64,000 nt of DNA from a bacterium (GTDB taxonomy: Bacteria > Patescibacteriota > Minisyncoccia > Phycocordibacterales > UBA5272). The first letter of the stretch is position 1, and each line of letters opens with the position of its first letter. Location of the stretch: positions 87,947-151,946 of the forward strand of contig JAHFNB010000002.1 of the NCBI GenBank assembly GCA_023267595.1, read 5' to 3'. The position numbers were made by a program, and so were the translations under genes. Under the pieces are notes generated by a model. That model worked only from the letters and a program-made list of their open reading frames with translations, was not told the origin of the DNA and ran no database searches. Shown here one piece after another: positions 54,521-64,000 of this stretch.

Positions 54521-56461
54521 ATGGAACGTACGTTTACTGGTTCGGTCAGTATTACTTCAAAAAAAGATGGATATGTACGAGTGGCAGAACTTGAGCATGA
54601 AGGTGCTGTTTTTGTTGATCATAGTCATTTAAATACTGCACTTCATGGGGATATCGTCGAAGTAGAATTACTTGGTAAAAAGAAAAATGAAAAAGGAGAA
54701 GATCAGTTGTATGGAAAAATTACAAAAATACTTGAACGTGGGAAGAAAGGATATGCAGGAGTTTTGGAAGAAGAAAATGGAATGTTTTTCTTGGTTCCTG
54801 ATGATAAACGAATGTATACAGATATTATTATTCCGAATAATGCGCGCAAAGATGCAGAGGTTGGAATGAAAGTAATGGTCGCATTAACAAATTGGGTTGA
54901 TCCAAAAAAGTCCCCAATAGGTGAAGTGTCAGTCGTACTTGGTCATCCTGGAGAAAATGACGCAGAAATGATGGCGTATGCTTTAGAACGCGGGTTTAGT
55001 GATAAACACAGAGATGAAGTAAACGAAGAAGCAGAAAAAATACAGGCACGAGGTATTACGGAGGAAGATAAAGCAAATCGTAGAGATTTTAGAACTATTC
55101 CAACATTTACCATAGACCCAATTGATGCGCAGGATTTTGATGATGCGATTTCTTTTCAAACACTTCCAAATGGTCATTATGAAGTAGGTATTCACATTGC
55201 AGATGTTTCTTTTTATGTAAAACCAGGTATGCATCTTGATGAAGAGGCAATTTCTCGTGAGACATCAGTGTATTTGGTAGATAGATGTATTCCTATGCTT
55301 CCAGAAGTATTATCAAATGATTTATGTTCTCTTGTACAAGGCCAAGATAGACTTGTAATGTCTTGTGTACTTGAAATTGATGATGAAGGAACTGTTCATA
55401 ATGAATGGTATGGTAGATCACTCATTAATTCACATCGTAGATATACCTATGAAGATGCACAAGTAACACTTGATACTAAGAAGGGGGACTTTTTTGAAGA
55501 GTTAAATATTTTAAATACCATTGCAAAAAAGTTGACACAGAAGCGATTTGATAATGGAGCACTTCAACTTGAAACAGAAGAAGTAAAGTTTAAGTTAGAT
55601 GAAAAAGGAGTACCAATTGATGTGTATGTTAAAGAGCGTATTGAAACAAATAAATTAATTGAAGAATTTATGCTTCTTGCAAATCAATACGTGAGTAAGT
55701 TTATTACTTCAAAGCAAGAGGAGAAATCAGGAGTTGGAAAGGCAATTTGTATCTATCGTATTCATGATAAACCAGATCCTGATCGCATGCATGATCTTGA
55801 TTTGTACATTCGAGGATTAGGCGAACATGTGAGATTTATGGACGGACTTATTCCTTCAAAAGATTTGAATGATTTATTGAAACGAATGGGAGATAGACCA
55901 GAGAAAGCATTACTACAAGTTCATATCACTCGTTCAATGGCAAAAGCAATTTATAGTACCAAAAATGTTGGACATTATGGTCTTGCATTTCCGTATTATT
56001 CACATTTTACTTCCCCAATTCGTCGTTACCCTGATGTGTTAACACATAGACTTATGATGCGGATTCTTGAAGGAGATTACCCAAAAGAAACTGAACGAGG
56101 ACTGTATGACAAGTTTTGTATGCAAGCATCTCGCCGTGAAAAAGAAGCATCTGATGCAGAACGTGGAAGTATAAAATACAAACAAGTAGAGTATATGTCA
56201 TATCGCATTGGAGAGGAGTTTGATGGTATGGTAACGGGCGTATCAGAATGGGGTATTTATGTAGAAGAAAAGAAGAGTAAATGTGAGGGTATGATACGAC
56301 TTCGAGACTTGGGAACAGATTTTTATAACTACGATCAGAAGGGTGGGCGCGTATTTGGAGAAAGGGAAGGAAAGGAGTGGAAAATAGGCACATCGGTCAA
56401 AATTAAGGTCAAGAACGCCAATCTAGAGATGCGGGTGATTGATTATAGTTTGGTCGCGTAA
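54521..56461 (+). CDS. rnr: ribonuclease R / RNase II-family 3'-5' exoribonuclease
   Basis: RNB catalytic motif IDPIDAQDFDDAIS, cold-shock-like N-terminal region and C-terminal S1 domain. Start moved to the ATG for MERTFTG. Confidence 0.85.
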   Translation: MERTFTGSVSITSKKDGYVRVAELEHEGAVFVDHSHLNTALHGDIVEVELLGKKKNEKGEDQLYGKITKILERGKKGYAGVLEEENGMFFLVPDDKRMYTDIIIPNNARKDAEVGMKVMVALTNWVDPKKSPIGEVSVVLGHPGENDAEMMAYALERGFSDKHRDEVNEEAEKIQARGITEEDKANRRDFRTIPTFTIDPIDAQDFDDAISFQTLPNGHYEVGIHIADVSFYVKPGMHLDEEAISRETSVYLVDRCIPMLPEVLSNDLCSLVQGQDRLVMSCVLEIDDEGTVHNEWYGRSLINSHRRYTYEDAQVTLDTKKGDFFEELNILNTIAKKLTQKRFDNGALQLETEEVKFKLDEKGVPIDVYVKERIETNKLIEEFMLLANQYVSKFITSKQEEKSGVGKAICIYRIHDKPDPDRMHDLDLYIRGLGEHVRFMDGLIPSKDLNDLLKRMGDRPEKALLQVHITRSMAKAIYSTKNVGHYGLAFPYYSHFTSPIRRYPDVLTHRLMMRILEGDYPKETERGLYDKFCMQASRREKEASDAERGSIKYKQVEYMSYRIGEEFDGMVTGVSEWGIYVEEKKSKCEGMIRLRDLGTDFYNYDQKGGRVFGEREGKEWKIGTSVKIKVKNANLEMRVIDYSLVA

Positions 56462-56512
56462 AAGCCTTGCGTAGACTTTCCTTTTTTCAGAGTTTATGGT
56501 AGAATACGTCAC

Positions 56513-56815
56513 ATGTTAAAAATCAGATTACAACGTGTAGGACGCAAGAACGACCCACATTTCCGTCTCATTGTCGCCGAAAGTACCCTCAAACCAAAGA
56601 CTTCTCAGTTTGCTGAAATCTTAGGAACATATAATGTAAAGCAGGGAATTTTTGAAGCCAAAGGGGATAGAGTAAAACATTGGGTTTCTGTCGGTGCGCA
56701 AGTTACACCAACAGTACACAATCTTTTAATTTCAAAAGGAGTGATTGAAGGAAAGAAGAAAAATGTTCTTCCAAAAAAATCTCCTCAGAAGAAAGAAGAA
56801 GCAAAGGTGGCATAA
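56513..56815 (+). CDS. rpsP: 30S ribosomal protein S16
   Basis: MLKIRLQRVGRKNDPHFRLIV is the bS16 N-terminus. Confidence 0.9.
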   Translation: MLKIRLQRVGRKNDPHFRLIVAESTLKPKTSQFAEILGTYNVKQGIFEAKGDRVKHWVSVGAQVTPTVHNLLISKGVIEGKKKNVLPKKSPQKKEEAKVA

Positions 56816-56818
56816 ATA

Positions 56819-56852
56819 AAAATCTCTGCAATATATTGCAGAGATTTTTATT
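56819..56852 (+). terminator. intrinsic terminator after rpsP
   Basis: aaatctctgcaatatattgcagagatttttattt. Confidence 0.6.
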
Positions 56853-56919
56853 TATGTGAATAACTTTTATTTATTAAGACTGTAAGATTGATACACTGAA
56901 AGAATACAAAATAAAATAT

Positions 56920-57273
56920 ATGAAAGATCAAGAATTTGTTGAGTATGTTGTGAAAGCATTGGTAGATAATGCGGATAAGGTGAAAGTAGAAAGACGAGTA
57001 GATGAAATGGGAGTATTAATTACCCTTGATGTTGCAGGAGAAGATATGGGAAAAATAATTGGAAGAGATGGAGCAACTGCAAAAGCACTTCGTACACTTC
57101 TTCGTGTCGTTGGTATGAAAAATAATGCACGGGTTAATTTAAAGATTAATGAACCAGAAGGACGAGTAAATATTGCACGTGAGGAACGTGAAGAAATAGG
57201 TGGGCAGTCATACATGCCAAGATATGATACGTCAGATGTTGACGCAGTGATGAATGATCTAAAGAGTATTTAA
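56920..57273 (+). CDS. KH-domain RNA-binding protein (KhpA/YlqC-like, extended)
   Basis: KH GxxG GKIIGRDGATAKALR. Conserved position downstream of rpsP. Confidence 0.7.
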   Translation: MKDQEFVEYVVKALVDNADKVKVERRVDEMGVLITLDVAGEDMGKIIGRDGATAKALRTLLRVVGMKNNARVNLKINEPEGRVNIAREEREEIGGQSYMPRYDTSDVDAVMNDLKSI

Positions 57274-57275
57274 TA

Positions 57276-57304
57276 ATAAAAATCGCCGAAAGGCGATTTT
57301 TCCT
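57276..57304 (+). terminator. intrinsic terminator (aatcgcc-gaaa-ggcgatt + T-run)
   Basis: aaaaatcgccgaaaggcgatttttcc. Confidence 0.6.
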
Positions 57305-57312
57305 TTCGGTGG

Positions 57313-57699
57313 TTATTTTCTATGTGGTATGAAAAGTTTCCATCCATTCCATGCTCGTTTTCCTTCGTAGGCTATAAGTATTGCAACTATGAGCATTAGA
57401 TACCCATGATAGTAATGTGCTTTAATGGTTGTACCGGATAGAACAAGAAGGATGAAACCCTCTATGTATAAACCAAGTCCACGTAGTTTATACATTTCAA
57501 AGCCCTTTTTCTCTGTTTTTTGTGTTTTTCGTAGTTCCCAATACCCCTGTACTGTTACGAAAAAAATTAAAAGAGAAATTATAATTCCTATTTCGGATAT
57601 TTTTTCTCTTTGAGATAGGATCATAAGCGAAGGAACGATACCAAAAACAATAAATGAAAGACATGAAGCCAATTTAAAGAACGGTGAAAGTTTCTGCAC
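57313..57699 (-). CDS. hypothetical membrane protein
   Basis: 128 aa, 4 TM helices. Confidence 0.35.
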   Translation of the reverse strand: MQKLSPFFKLASCLSFIVFGIVPSLMILSQREKISEIGIIISLLIFFVTVQGYWELRKTQKTEKKGFEMYKLRGLGLYIEGFILLVLSGTTIKAHYYHGYLMLIVAILIAYEGKRAWNGWKLFIPHRK

Positions 57700-57814
57700 G
57701 GTACTCTCCCTGAGTAAATTGTTTTTATTATATATTGATTATGCTCTTATGTCAAGTATCTCATGTATTAGAATAATAAAGTATAAAAGCAGGCATACGC
57801 CTGCTTTTCCATTT

Positions 57815-58063
57815 TTATTTGGTTAGGTAGAAAGACGAGATGGTCATTTCATTACCATCTATATTGACAATAACCCACGGGTAATACCCATGATCCTTTC
57901 CACAGTAAGAACCAGAAAGTCCTACCTTGTTCTTCTCTTCACCTATGAAAGTAACTTTCTTTCCTTCATAAGGTACGAGTGATCTTCCGGATCTATTCGG
58001 ATTAATCTCGTCATGAAGGACTATTATGCGTCCTTCATGACGAAGAGTTGCTATGGTTGCCAT
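57815..58063 (-). CDS. hypothetical small protein
   Basis: The ORF was shortened to the internal ATG (MATIATLRHEG...) so it does not overlap the divergent trmD start. Confidence 0.3.
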   Translation of the reverse strand: MATIATLRHEGRIIVLHDEINPNRSGRSLVPYEGKKVTFIGEEKNKVGLSGSYCGKDHGYYPWVIVNIDGNEMTISSFYLTK

Positions 58064-58122
58064 GAAAGAACTCCTAAAAGTTGATGTTGTTATATTAGAA
58101 TGTATTTGGTATACTGTCAAGT

Positions 58123-58794
58123 ATGCGATTTCATGTGGTGACAATTTTCCCGAATATGTTTGAGAGTTATTTTGCAGAGTCCATTATTGCTCGTGCTATT
58201 AAAAATAAACTTCTTGAGATACACACGTATGCTTTACGTGATTTTACTTTTGATAAACATCGTAGAGTTGATGGTCGTCCGTATGGTGGAGGTCCAGGGA
58301 TGGTTATGTGGGTAGACCCACTTATTAAATGTGTGGAAAAGATAGATAAAAAAATACAAAAAAAGAAAAATACAAAGGTGCTCGTGGTTATGTTTAATCC
58401 AGGAGGTGATATGTTTACAAATACATTAGCAAAGACTGTTTCAAAAAAGTATACAGATATTATTTTTATTTGTGGTCGCTATGAGGGAATAGATGCACGT
58501 GTAAAGAAAATTTTGAAAGCAAAAGAATGGAGTATTGGTCCGTATGTGTTAACTGGTGGAGAATTACCTGCAATGGTTTGTATAGATGCGATTACTCGTC
58601 AAATAAAAGGTGTGTTAAATACTGAAGATAGTATAGAAGAAAATCGTATCGCATCACATGAGATATATGCGCGACCTGAGGTATATGAATATAAAGGAAA
58701 GAAATATAAAGTACCAAAAGTATTAGTGGAAGGAAATCACAAATTAATAGATGAATGGCGGAAGAATCACTCTACAGGGAAAAATGTATCTTAA
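58123..58794 (+). CDS. trmD: tRNA (guanine37-N1)-methyltransferase TrmD
   Basis: MRFHVVTIFPNMFESYF N-terminus and SPOUT knot region GGELPAMVCIDAI. Confidence 0.9.
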   Translation: MRFHVVTIFPNMFESYFAESIIARAIKNKLLEIHTYALRDFTFDKHRRVDGRPYGGGPGMVMWVDPLIKCVEKIDKKIQKKKNTKVLVVMFNPGGDMFTNTLAKTVSKKYTDIIFICGRYEGIDARVKKILKAKEWSIGPYVLTGGELPAMVCIDAITRQIKGVLNTEDSIEENRIASHEIYARPEVYEYKGKKYKVPKVLVEGNHKLIDEWRKNHSTGKNVS

Positions 58795-58996
58795 ACTTAA
58801 AGTACTTGTTGATGCAAAGGAAGAAAAGGTAGAAAAAATAAGTAATGACTCTTGGCATATATGGGTAACATTTCCTGCAGAAAATAATCTAGCAAATAAT
58901 CGTGTCCTTGAAATAATTCGTAACGAATATAGAAATCGATCAGTTCGTATTGTAAGCGGACATCATTCACCATCAAAAATTATTTCTATTGGTTGA
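58784..58996 (+). CDS. DUF167 (YggU-like) family protein
   Basis: LKLKVLVDAKEEKV...WHIWVTFPAENNLANNRVLEIIRNEY...VRIVSGHHSPSKII matches the YggU pattern. Start set at the ATG for MYLKLKV, overlapping the trmD end. Confidence 0.5.
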   Translation: MYLKLKVLVDAKEEKVEKISNDSWHIWVTFPAENNLANNRVLEIIRNEYRNRSVRIVSGHHSPSKIISIG

Positions 58997-59068
58997 GCCA
59001 GAGGGCAGAATCGAACTGCCGACCTTTTCGTTACGAGTGAAGTGCTCTACCAACTGAGCTACTCTGGC
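58996..59068 (-). tRNA. tRNA-Thr (anticodon CGT), with unusually weak anticodon stem
   Basis: Reverse complement: acceptor gccagag/ctctggc, D-arm gctc-agttggta-gagc, T-arm ggcag-ttcgatt-ctgcc. The anticodon loop ctCGTaa has a stem with two terminal C/A mismatches. Confidence 0.55.
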
Positions 59069-59074
59069 TTTGGG

Positions 59075-59147
59075 AGCCGTTGGCCAGAATCGAACTGGCG
59101 ACCTCTTCCTTACCATGGAAGTGCTCTACCAACTGAGCTACAACGGC
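59075..59147 (-). tRNA. tRNA-Thr (anticodon GGT)
   Basis: Reverse complement: acceptor gccgttg/caacggc. Anticodon arm cttcc-atGGTaa-ggaag. T-arm gccag-ttcgatt-ctggc. Confidence 0.8.
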
Positions 59148-59204
59148 AAAATAAGCCTTCAAATTATAGCAAAAGTATATCTCAAATGCTATTATCATAA
59201 GAAA

Positions 59205-60083
59205 ATGGAATCAGAAAATATACATAATGAAATACAAGAATTAGAAGCCAAAATGCTTGAGGTTGATTTTTGGAATAATAAAGAAAAAGCACAAGAAGTG
59301 ATAAAGAAAATTAAAGAATTAAAAGATAAACGTGATGGGGTAAGCATACTTGATAAAGGGAAGGCTGTCATGACAATTTTGGCAGGTGCAGGAGGGGATG
59401 ATAGTGAGGACTTTGTACGAATGTTACTTGAGATGTATCAAAAATATTTTTTGAATAAACATTTCTCATATTCTGTACTTCACAGCAATACAAATGATCA
59501 TAATGGATATAGAAATATAACTATTGAGATAGATGGAAAAGGAGCCTATGGATTATTAAAAAATGAATCAGGAGTGCACAGACTTGTACGTATTTCTCCA
59601 TTTAATGCGAACGCAAAACGTCACACATCATTTGCTATGGTAGAGATATTACCCGTATTGCCAGATATAGAACGTACAAAAATAAATCCTGATGAAATAA
59701 AAATAGAAACATCAAAATCTAGCGGGCCAGGTGGACAAAATGTTAATAAAAGAGAAACGGCTGTTCGTATTGTACATATTCCTACAAATATTGCGGTATC
59801 TGTTTCTACGGAGCGCCAACAAGAACATAATAAACAAAAAGCATTAGATATCTTATCTGCAAAATTATTTACACTTAAACAAGAAAAAAGAGAAGCAGAC
59901 ATAGAAGGGAGACAGATTAGTAAAACTATGGAAATAGAATGGGGAAATCAAATACGTTCATATGTATTACATCCATACAAAATGATAAAGGATCATAGAA
60001 CAGACTACGAAACAAGTGATGTGGAAGGAGTATTAGAAAAAGGAGAATTGGATGGGTTTATTGAAGCCGAAAGAAATATATAA
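59205..60083 (+). CDS. prfB: peptide chain release factor 2 (short form, no programmed frameshift visible)
   Basis: GGQ motif SGPGGQNVNKRETAVRIVHIPT and the RF2-specific SPF tripeptide RISPFNANAKRHTSF. The track ORF start at 59070 overlaps the antisense tRNAs, so the start was set to the ATG for MESENIHNE. Confidence 0.85.
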   Translation: MESENIHNEIQELEAKMLEVDFWNNKEKAQEVIKKIKELKDKRDGVSILDKGKAVMTILAGAGGDDSEDFVRMLLEMYQKYFLNKHFSYSVLHSNTNDHNGYRNITIEIDGKGAYGLLKNESGVHRLVRISPFNANAKRHTSFAMVEILPVLPDIERTKINPDEIKIETSKSSGPGGQNVNKRETAVRIVHIPTNIAVSVSTERQQEHNKQKALDILSAKLFTLKQEKREADIEGRQISKTMEIEWGNQIRSYVLHPYKMIKDHRTDYETSDVEGVLEKGELDGFIEAERNI

Positions 60084-60134
60084 AGGTTGTGGTTGTATTC
60101 ACACACAGTTTTTTACATGTGGTACAATTACTAC

Positions 60135-60815
60135 ATGCTTTACTTTGATCGAGTATCAAAAGAATATGACGACGGCAACAAAGTCCTCGATAATATCTCT
60201 CTTACAGTTCACAAAGGTGAATTGGTGTCTATTGTAGGCCATTCAGGAGCAGGAAAGACGACCCTTATTAAACTACTCTTAGCAGAAGAACATCCAACTG
60301 AAGGGACAGTGTCTTTCCATTCTGATAATATTCATAAGTTAAAAGGTAACGATATGGTGAAATATCGTCGAAAGGTGGGAGTTGTATTCCAAGATTTTCG
60401 TCTTATTCCAAACAAAACTGCGTATGAGAATGTGGCTTTTGCGATGGAAGCAGCAGGAAAACATGATGATGATATTACTGAGGATGTACCACATGTGCTT
60501 GATTTGGTAGATTTAAAAAATAAAATGCACCATTTCCCACATCAACTCTCTGGTGGTGAACAACAGCGTGTTGCTATTGCACGTGCAATTATTAATCGTC
60601 CAGAAATAATTATTGCAGATGAACCGACGGGAAACTTGGATCCACTTAATACCTATGATATTGTACAAATTTTAAAAAAGATTAATGATTTAGGAACAAC
60701 AGTTATTCTTACTACACATAATAAAGGGATTGTAGATTCTCTTGGTCGTCGTGTGATTACTATGGAAGATGGAAAAGTAACACGTGATCATAAGTCTGGT
60801 AAGTTCGCGATGTAA
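60135..60815 (+). CDS. ftsE: cell-division ABC ATPase FtsE
   Basis: Walker [10 protein letters not shown], signature [14 protein letters not shown], Walker [13 protein letters not shown]. Start at the ATG for [11 protein letters not shown]. Confidence 0.85.
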   Translation: MLYFDRVSKEYDDGNKVLDNISLTVHKGELVSIVGHSGAGKTTLIKLLLAEEHPTEGTVSFHSDNIHKLKGNDMVKYRRKVGVVFQDFRLIPNKTAYENVAFAMEAAGKHDDDITEDVPHVLDLVDLKNKMHHFPHQLSGGEQQRVAIARAIINRPEIIIADEPTGNLDPLNTYDIVQILKKINDLGTTVILTTHNKGIVDSLGRRVITMEDGKVTRDHKSGKFAM

Positions 60816-60825
60816 CAAGAAATAT

Positions 60826-61758
60826 ATGGCAATAAAAACAACACTCACACGAAGAATAATTACTGCAGGATTACAAGGATTTTATCGTAATCGCACGGTA
60901 TCATTATCTTCTATTTTTATTTTGACTATTACGCTTTCTATTATTACATCATTTTATCTATTTCGAGCAATTTTTGATTACACACTTGATCAGGTGCGTG
61001 AAAAAGTAGATGTACGAGTGTATTTCACGGTGGACGCAAGTGAGCAGGATATTATAGACGTAAAAGCAAAATTACTCGGACTATCTCAAGTAAAATCTGT
61101 GACGTATACATCTCGTGAACAAGCATTGAATGATTTTAAAGCAAAACATGGAGGAGATACACTTACTCTTCAAGCACTTGATGAACTTGGCACAAATCCG
61201 TTTGGTGCGTCGCTTGCAATTACTGCAAAAGATACCTCTCAATATGAATCTATTGCAAATCAATTAACATCATCATCTGGGTTACTTGGTGATTCATCCG
61301 GTGCAGTGGATAAAATAAACTATTATCAATTAAAAGATAGTATTGATAAATTAAACAGTATTATAGGGTGGACTGATACGGTTGGGTTTTGGTTATCAAT
61401 GATATTTATTTTGATGAGTTGTATGATTGTGTACAATACGATACGTCTTGCAATCTTTGTGTATCGTGATGAAATTGCTGTGATGAAATTAGTAGGAGCA
61501 TCAAATATGTTTATACGTGGTCCATTTATTGTAGAGGCAGTACTTTATGCACTTATTGCTACAATTATTACACTTGCAATCTTTTATCCTGCAACAGTAT
61601 GGGTGACTAAGAAGACAGTATTTTTCTTCGAAGGTATGAATATTAACCATTATTTTGTGACACACTTTTTCCAACTCACAGGACTGTTACTTCTATCTGG
61701 TGTGTTGCTCGCCGTAATTTCATCACTTCTTGCCGTGCGAAAGTATTTAAAAGTATAA
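60826..61758 (+). CDS. ftsX: cell-division permease FtsX
   Basis: 4-TM FtsX topology with a periplasmic loop. Immediately follows ftsE. Start at the ATG for MAIKTTLTRR. Confidence 0.8.
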   Translation: MAIKTTLTRRIITAGLQGFYRNRTVSLSSIFILTITLSIITSFYLFRAIFDYTLDQVREKVDVRVYFTVDASEQDIIDVKAKLLGLSQVKSVTYTSREQALNDFKAKHGGDTLTLQALDELGTNPFGASLAITAKDTSQYESIANQLTSSSGLLGDSSGAVDKINYYQLKDSIDKLNSIIGWTDTVGFWLSMIFILMSCMIVYNTIRLAIFVYRDEIAVMKLVGASNMFIRGPFIVEAVLYALIATIITLAIFYPATVWVTKKTVFFFEGMNINHYFVTHFFQLTGLLLLSGVLLAVISSLLAVRKYLKV

Positions 61759-61782
61759 CTTTTATTCATGATAAAATAGGGT

Positions 61783-63438
61783 ATGACTCAAAAAGAGGCG
61801 ATCTCTATACTTAAACTCGGGCATACTACATTTCTTACGGGGGCTGCAGGGGCAGGGAAATCATATGCACTTCGTGAATATATTTCATATTTACGAAAGC
61901 ATGGTGTGAAATACGCAGTAACTGCATCTACTGGAATTGCGTCAACTCATATTAACGGTACAACGATCCATTCATGGAGTGGTATTGGTATTAAACAAAA
62001 ATTGTTGACATATGAATTAGATGAATTGGAAGAAAAACAAAATCTGTATAAAAGATGGAATGAAACACAAGTATTGATAATAGATGAAGTATCTATGCTT
62101 CATGCTTCATTTGTAGATATGTTAGACAAAGTAGGAAAACATTTACGAAGAAGTGATAAACCATTTGGTGGTATACAAGTTGTATTTACAGGAGATTTCT
62201 TTCAGTTACCACCAGTTGTGCGTGGGGGAAATGAATATGAAAGTACAGATGTTTTTGCATTTATGTCCAAAGCATGGAAGGAAGCAAAACCTGTCGTTTG
62301 TTATTTAACGGAACAATTTCGGCAAGATGATGATAGATTATCGAGCATACTTGATGCAATACGATTAGGTGAAGTAGAAGAAGAGCATTTTGAATTATTA
62401 CAAAAAGCAAGTAAAAGTAAACATAAAGATGATCATATAAAACTCTATACACATAATGAAAATGTAGATGAAATAAATATAAAAGCATTTAATGCAATAC
62501 AAGGTGATGTACGAACCTATGCGATGATTACAAAGGGAAAGGCATCTCTAGTAGAAGGGTTAAAAAAGAATTGTCTTGCAGAAGAAAATTTAAAATTAAA
62601 AATAGGTGCAAAAGTTATTTGCATAAAAAATGCTCAAGACAGAAGTTATGTAAATGGTTCTATGGGTGTTGTTGTCTCCTTCGATAAGGAGAGTGCGCCG
62701 GTTGTAGAACTTATAAATGGGAAAAAAGTAACAATACAGGCGGATTCGTGGAAAATAGAAGAAGATGGAAAAGTACGAGCAGAGTTACAACAGTTACCAC
62801 TGAAACTGGCATGGGCAATTACGGTACACAAATCTCAAGGTATGACACTGGAAAAAGCAGAGATTGATTTAAGTAGATCTTTTGCTTCAGGGCAGGGATA
62901 TGTTGCATTGTCTCGTCTTAAAACTTTACAAGGATTATATTTAAAAGGATTTAATAATCAAGCACTTATGATAGCAGAAGAAGTACGAGAAGCAGATGCT
63001 TTATTTCGTGCTAGAAGTATTCAAGCAGAAAATGCTATTGCAAAATATTCTGCAAAACAGTTAGAAACTTTGCACGAGAAATTTTTGATAGAACATGGGG
63101 GACAAGTTACTGAATTAAACGATGAAGATCTAGAAGAAATAGAAGTAAAAGTTCCGTCCCATACAAAGACACAAGAGATGCTCAAAGAAAAAAAGAGTTT
63201 ACAGGAAATTGCAAAAGAACGTAATGTATCGATTGATACAGTTATTGGACATATTGAAAAATTAGTGGGATTACGAGAAAAAGTAGAATTAAAGCACGTA
63301 CTTCCAAAAAAGAAAGATTTAGATAGTATCAAGAAAGCATTTAAAGATTTAAAAACTACAAAACTAACACCAGTATTTGAAATATTACAAGGAAAATATT
63401 CATACCATGAGATACGTCTTGTGCGTGCTTCTCTTTAG
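61783..63438 (+). CDS. PIF1/RecD-like superfamily-1 DNA helicase with C-terminal HTH
   Basis: Walker A GAAGAGKS, motif LIIDEVSM, QVVFTGDFFQLPPV, C-terminal UvrD_C-like region VHKSQGMTL. Confidence 0.75.
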   Translation: MTQKEAISILKLGHTTFLTGAAGAGKSYALREYISYLRKHGVKYAVTASTGIASTHINGTTIHSWSGIGIKQKLLTYELDELEEKQNLYKRWNETQVLIIDEVSMLHASFVDMLDKVGKHLRRSDKPFGGIQVVFTGDFFQLPPVVRGGNEYESTDVFAFMSKAWKEAKPVVCYLTEQFRQDDDRLSSILDAIRLGEVEEEHFELLQKASKSKHKDDHIKLYTHNENVDEINIKAFNAIQGDVRTYAMITKGKASLVEGLKKNCLAEENLKLKIGAKVICIKNAQDRSYVNGSMGVVVSFDKESAPVVELINGKKVTIQADSWKIEEDGKVRAELQQLPLKLAWAITVHKSQGMTLEKAEIDLSRSFASGQGYVALSRLKTLQGLYLKGFNNQALMIAEEVREADALFRARSIQAENAIAKYSAKQLETLHEKFLIEHGGQVTELNDEDLEEIEVKVPSHTKTQEMLKEKKSLQEIAKERNVSIDTVIGHIEKLVGLREKVELKHVLPKKKDLDSIKKAFKDLKTTKLTPVFEILQGKYSYHEIRLVRASL

Positions 63439-64000
63439 TTATTTTGTAAACGTAAATGTCTTTATAATCTCTTCTCCTTGCATATAGTAATTTTGCAATG
63501 TACTTTCTGGTGTCCCTGTAGACATAGTCTCATCACGATAGTGTGAACCAGTTTTTATTTGTTCAAGGACATAACATTGATTATTATGAATTGTTCTATA
63601 ACTTATTCCTTCCATAAATTGCATCATTGCAGCATCTGAGAACAAGAATTTTTTAAATGGAATAGAATTAATTGTAATATCAGTGACTGTTTGATTATTG
63701 TATCCTGCATCAGTTGTATAACATGTCGAAGTTGCATTACTTACCCCAATACGAACTTCAGTATCAAAGAAAAGTGGATATGGTTTACCAGTTGCTACAC
63801 CACCTTGATCTATTCTATAGATAGGTATTGAAACTATTGGAATACCTTGTTCACCTTCTTGTGCAAAAGTACGCCATGTTGTAGAAAGATTATGGAAAGA
63901 TTGAAACGTTGTGGTTGTAAGTGTATTTGGGTAATCAATAGTAAAGTTATACGTATCATTTATGTATTGTTTTGTTGTAGAAGGCAGAGCACTATCTTTG
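63439..64000 (-). CDS. hypothetical protein, 5'-truncated by window end
   Basis: A minus-strand reading frame remains open from 63439 to the window edge. The track lists only its TTG-initiated tail, 63439..63645. Thr/Asn-rich, possibly secreted. Confidence 0.4.
   Translation of the reverse strand, partial: KDSALPSTTKQYINDTYNFTIDYPNTLTTTTFQSFHNLSTTWRTFAQEGEQGIPIVSIPIYRIDQGGVATGKPYPLFFDTEVRIGVSNATSTCYTTDAGYNNQTVTDITINSIPFKKFLFSDAAMMQFMEGISYRTIHNNQCYVLEQIKTGSHYRDETMSTGTPESTLQNYYMQGEEIIKTFTFTK

Noticed and set aside
59070-59204. N-terminal 45 codons of the track ORF for prfB, and a possible programmed +1 frameshift
   Set aside because: That stretch is antisense to two tRNA genes. Only 57 nt separate the tRNA from the ATG at 59205, leaving no room for an upstream frame-0 segment. 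So no RF2 frameshift site is inferred. The protein simply looks like a short RF2.
1-64000. CRISPR arrays or rRNA genes
   Set aside because: No regularly spaced short direct repeats or rRNA-like conserved blocks were seen anywhere in the window.

Overview
This window appears to be a low-GC, compact bacterial genome fragment with a gene repertoire typical of a small-genome lineage (short IF-2, short SMC, short RF2, sigma-70 region-4 domain protein, Cys/Thr-rich secreted proteins). A Patescibacteria/CPR-like origin is an inference only. Housekeeping content includes infB, rbfA, clpB, a cysteine desulfurase, leuS, mnmA, rnr, rpsP, trmD, prfB, ftsEX, smc-like and rluA-family genes. There are several tRNA clusters: Lys/Cys/Leu, Leu(TAG), Tyr, and Thr/Thr. 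The central ~23 kb (about 12957..35964) looks like an integrative genomic island. It is bracketed by an exact 17-nt direct repeat that duplicates the 3' end of a tRNA-Tyr gene. It ends with a large serine recombinase that reads into the tRNA, and it carries a zinc-finger/Toprim primase fused to a P-loop ATPase. Its cargo is copper/heavy-metal resistance: a CsoR repressor with a palindromic operator, DUF305, a Met/His-rich P1B-type ATPase, a CusA-like RND pump with adaptor, and secreted Met/His-rich proteins. Inside the island sits an unusual minus-strand cassette. A Macro (ADP-ribose-processing) domain protein is translationally coupled to an 810-aa protein. That protein's C-terminus combines a CxxC...CxxC zinc ribbon with a textbook PD-(D/E)xK nuclease motif. 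Two unannotated micro-ORFs flank the pair. This is my best candidate for an undescribed defence/toxin-like system. Other notable signals: tandem heptad AACTNNN repeats shared by the 5' regions of three stress genes (SOD-like, clpB, msrB); a GC-rich 0.5-kb mini-cassette with two micro-ORFs in a divergent intergenic region; a Nudix domain inserted into LeuS; and tRNA-fragment duplications near tRNA-Cys and tRNA-Leu. All coordinates of small motifs were derived by hand and may be off by 1-2 nt.
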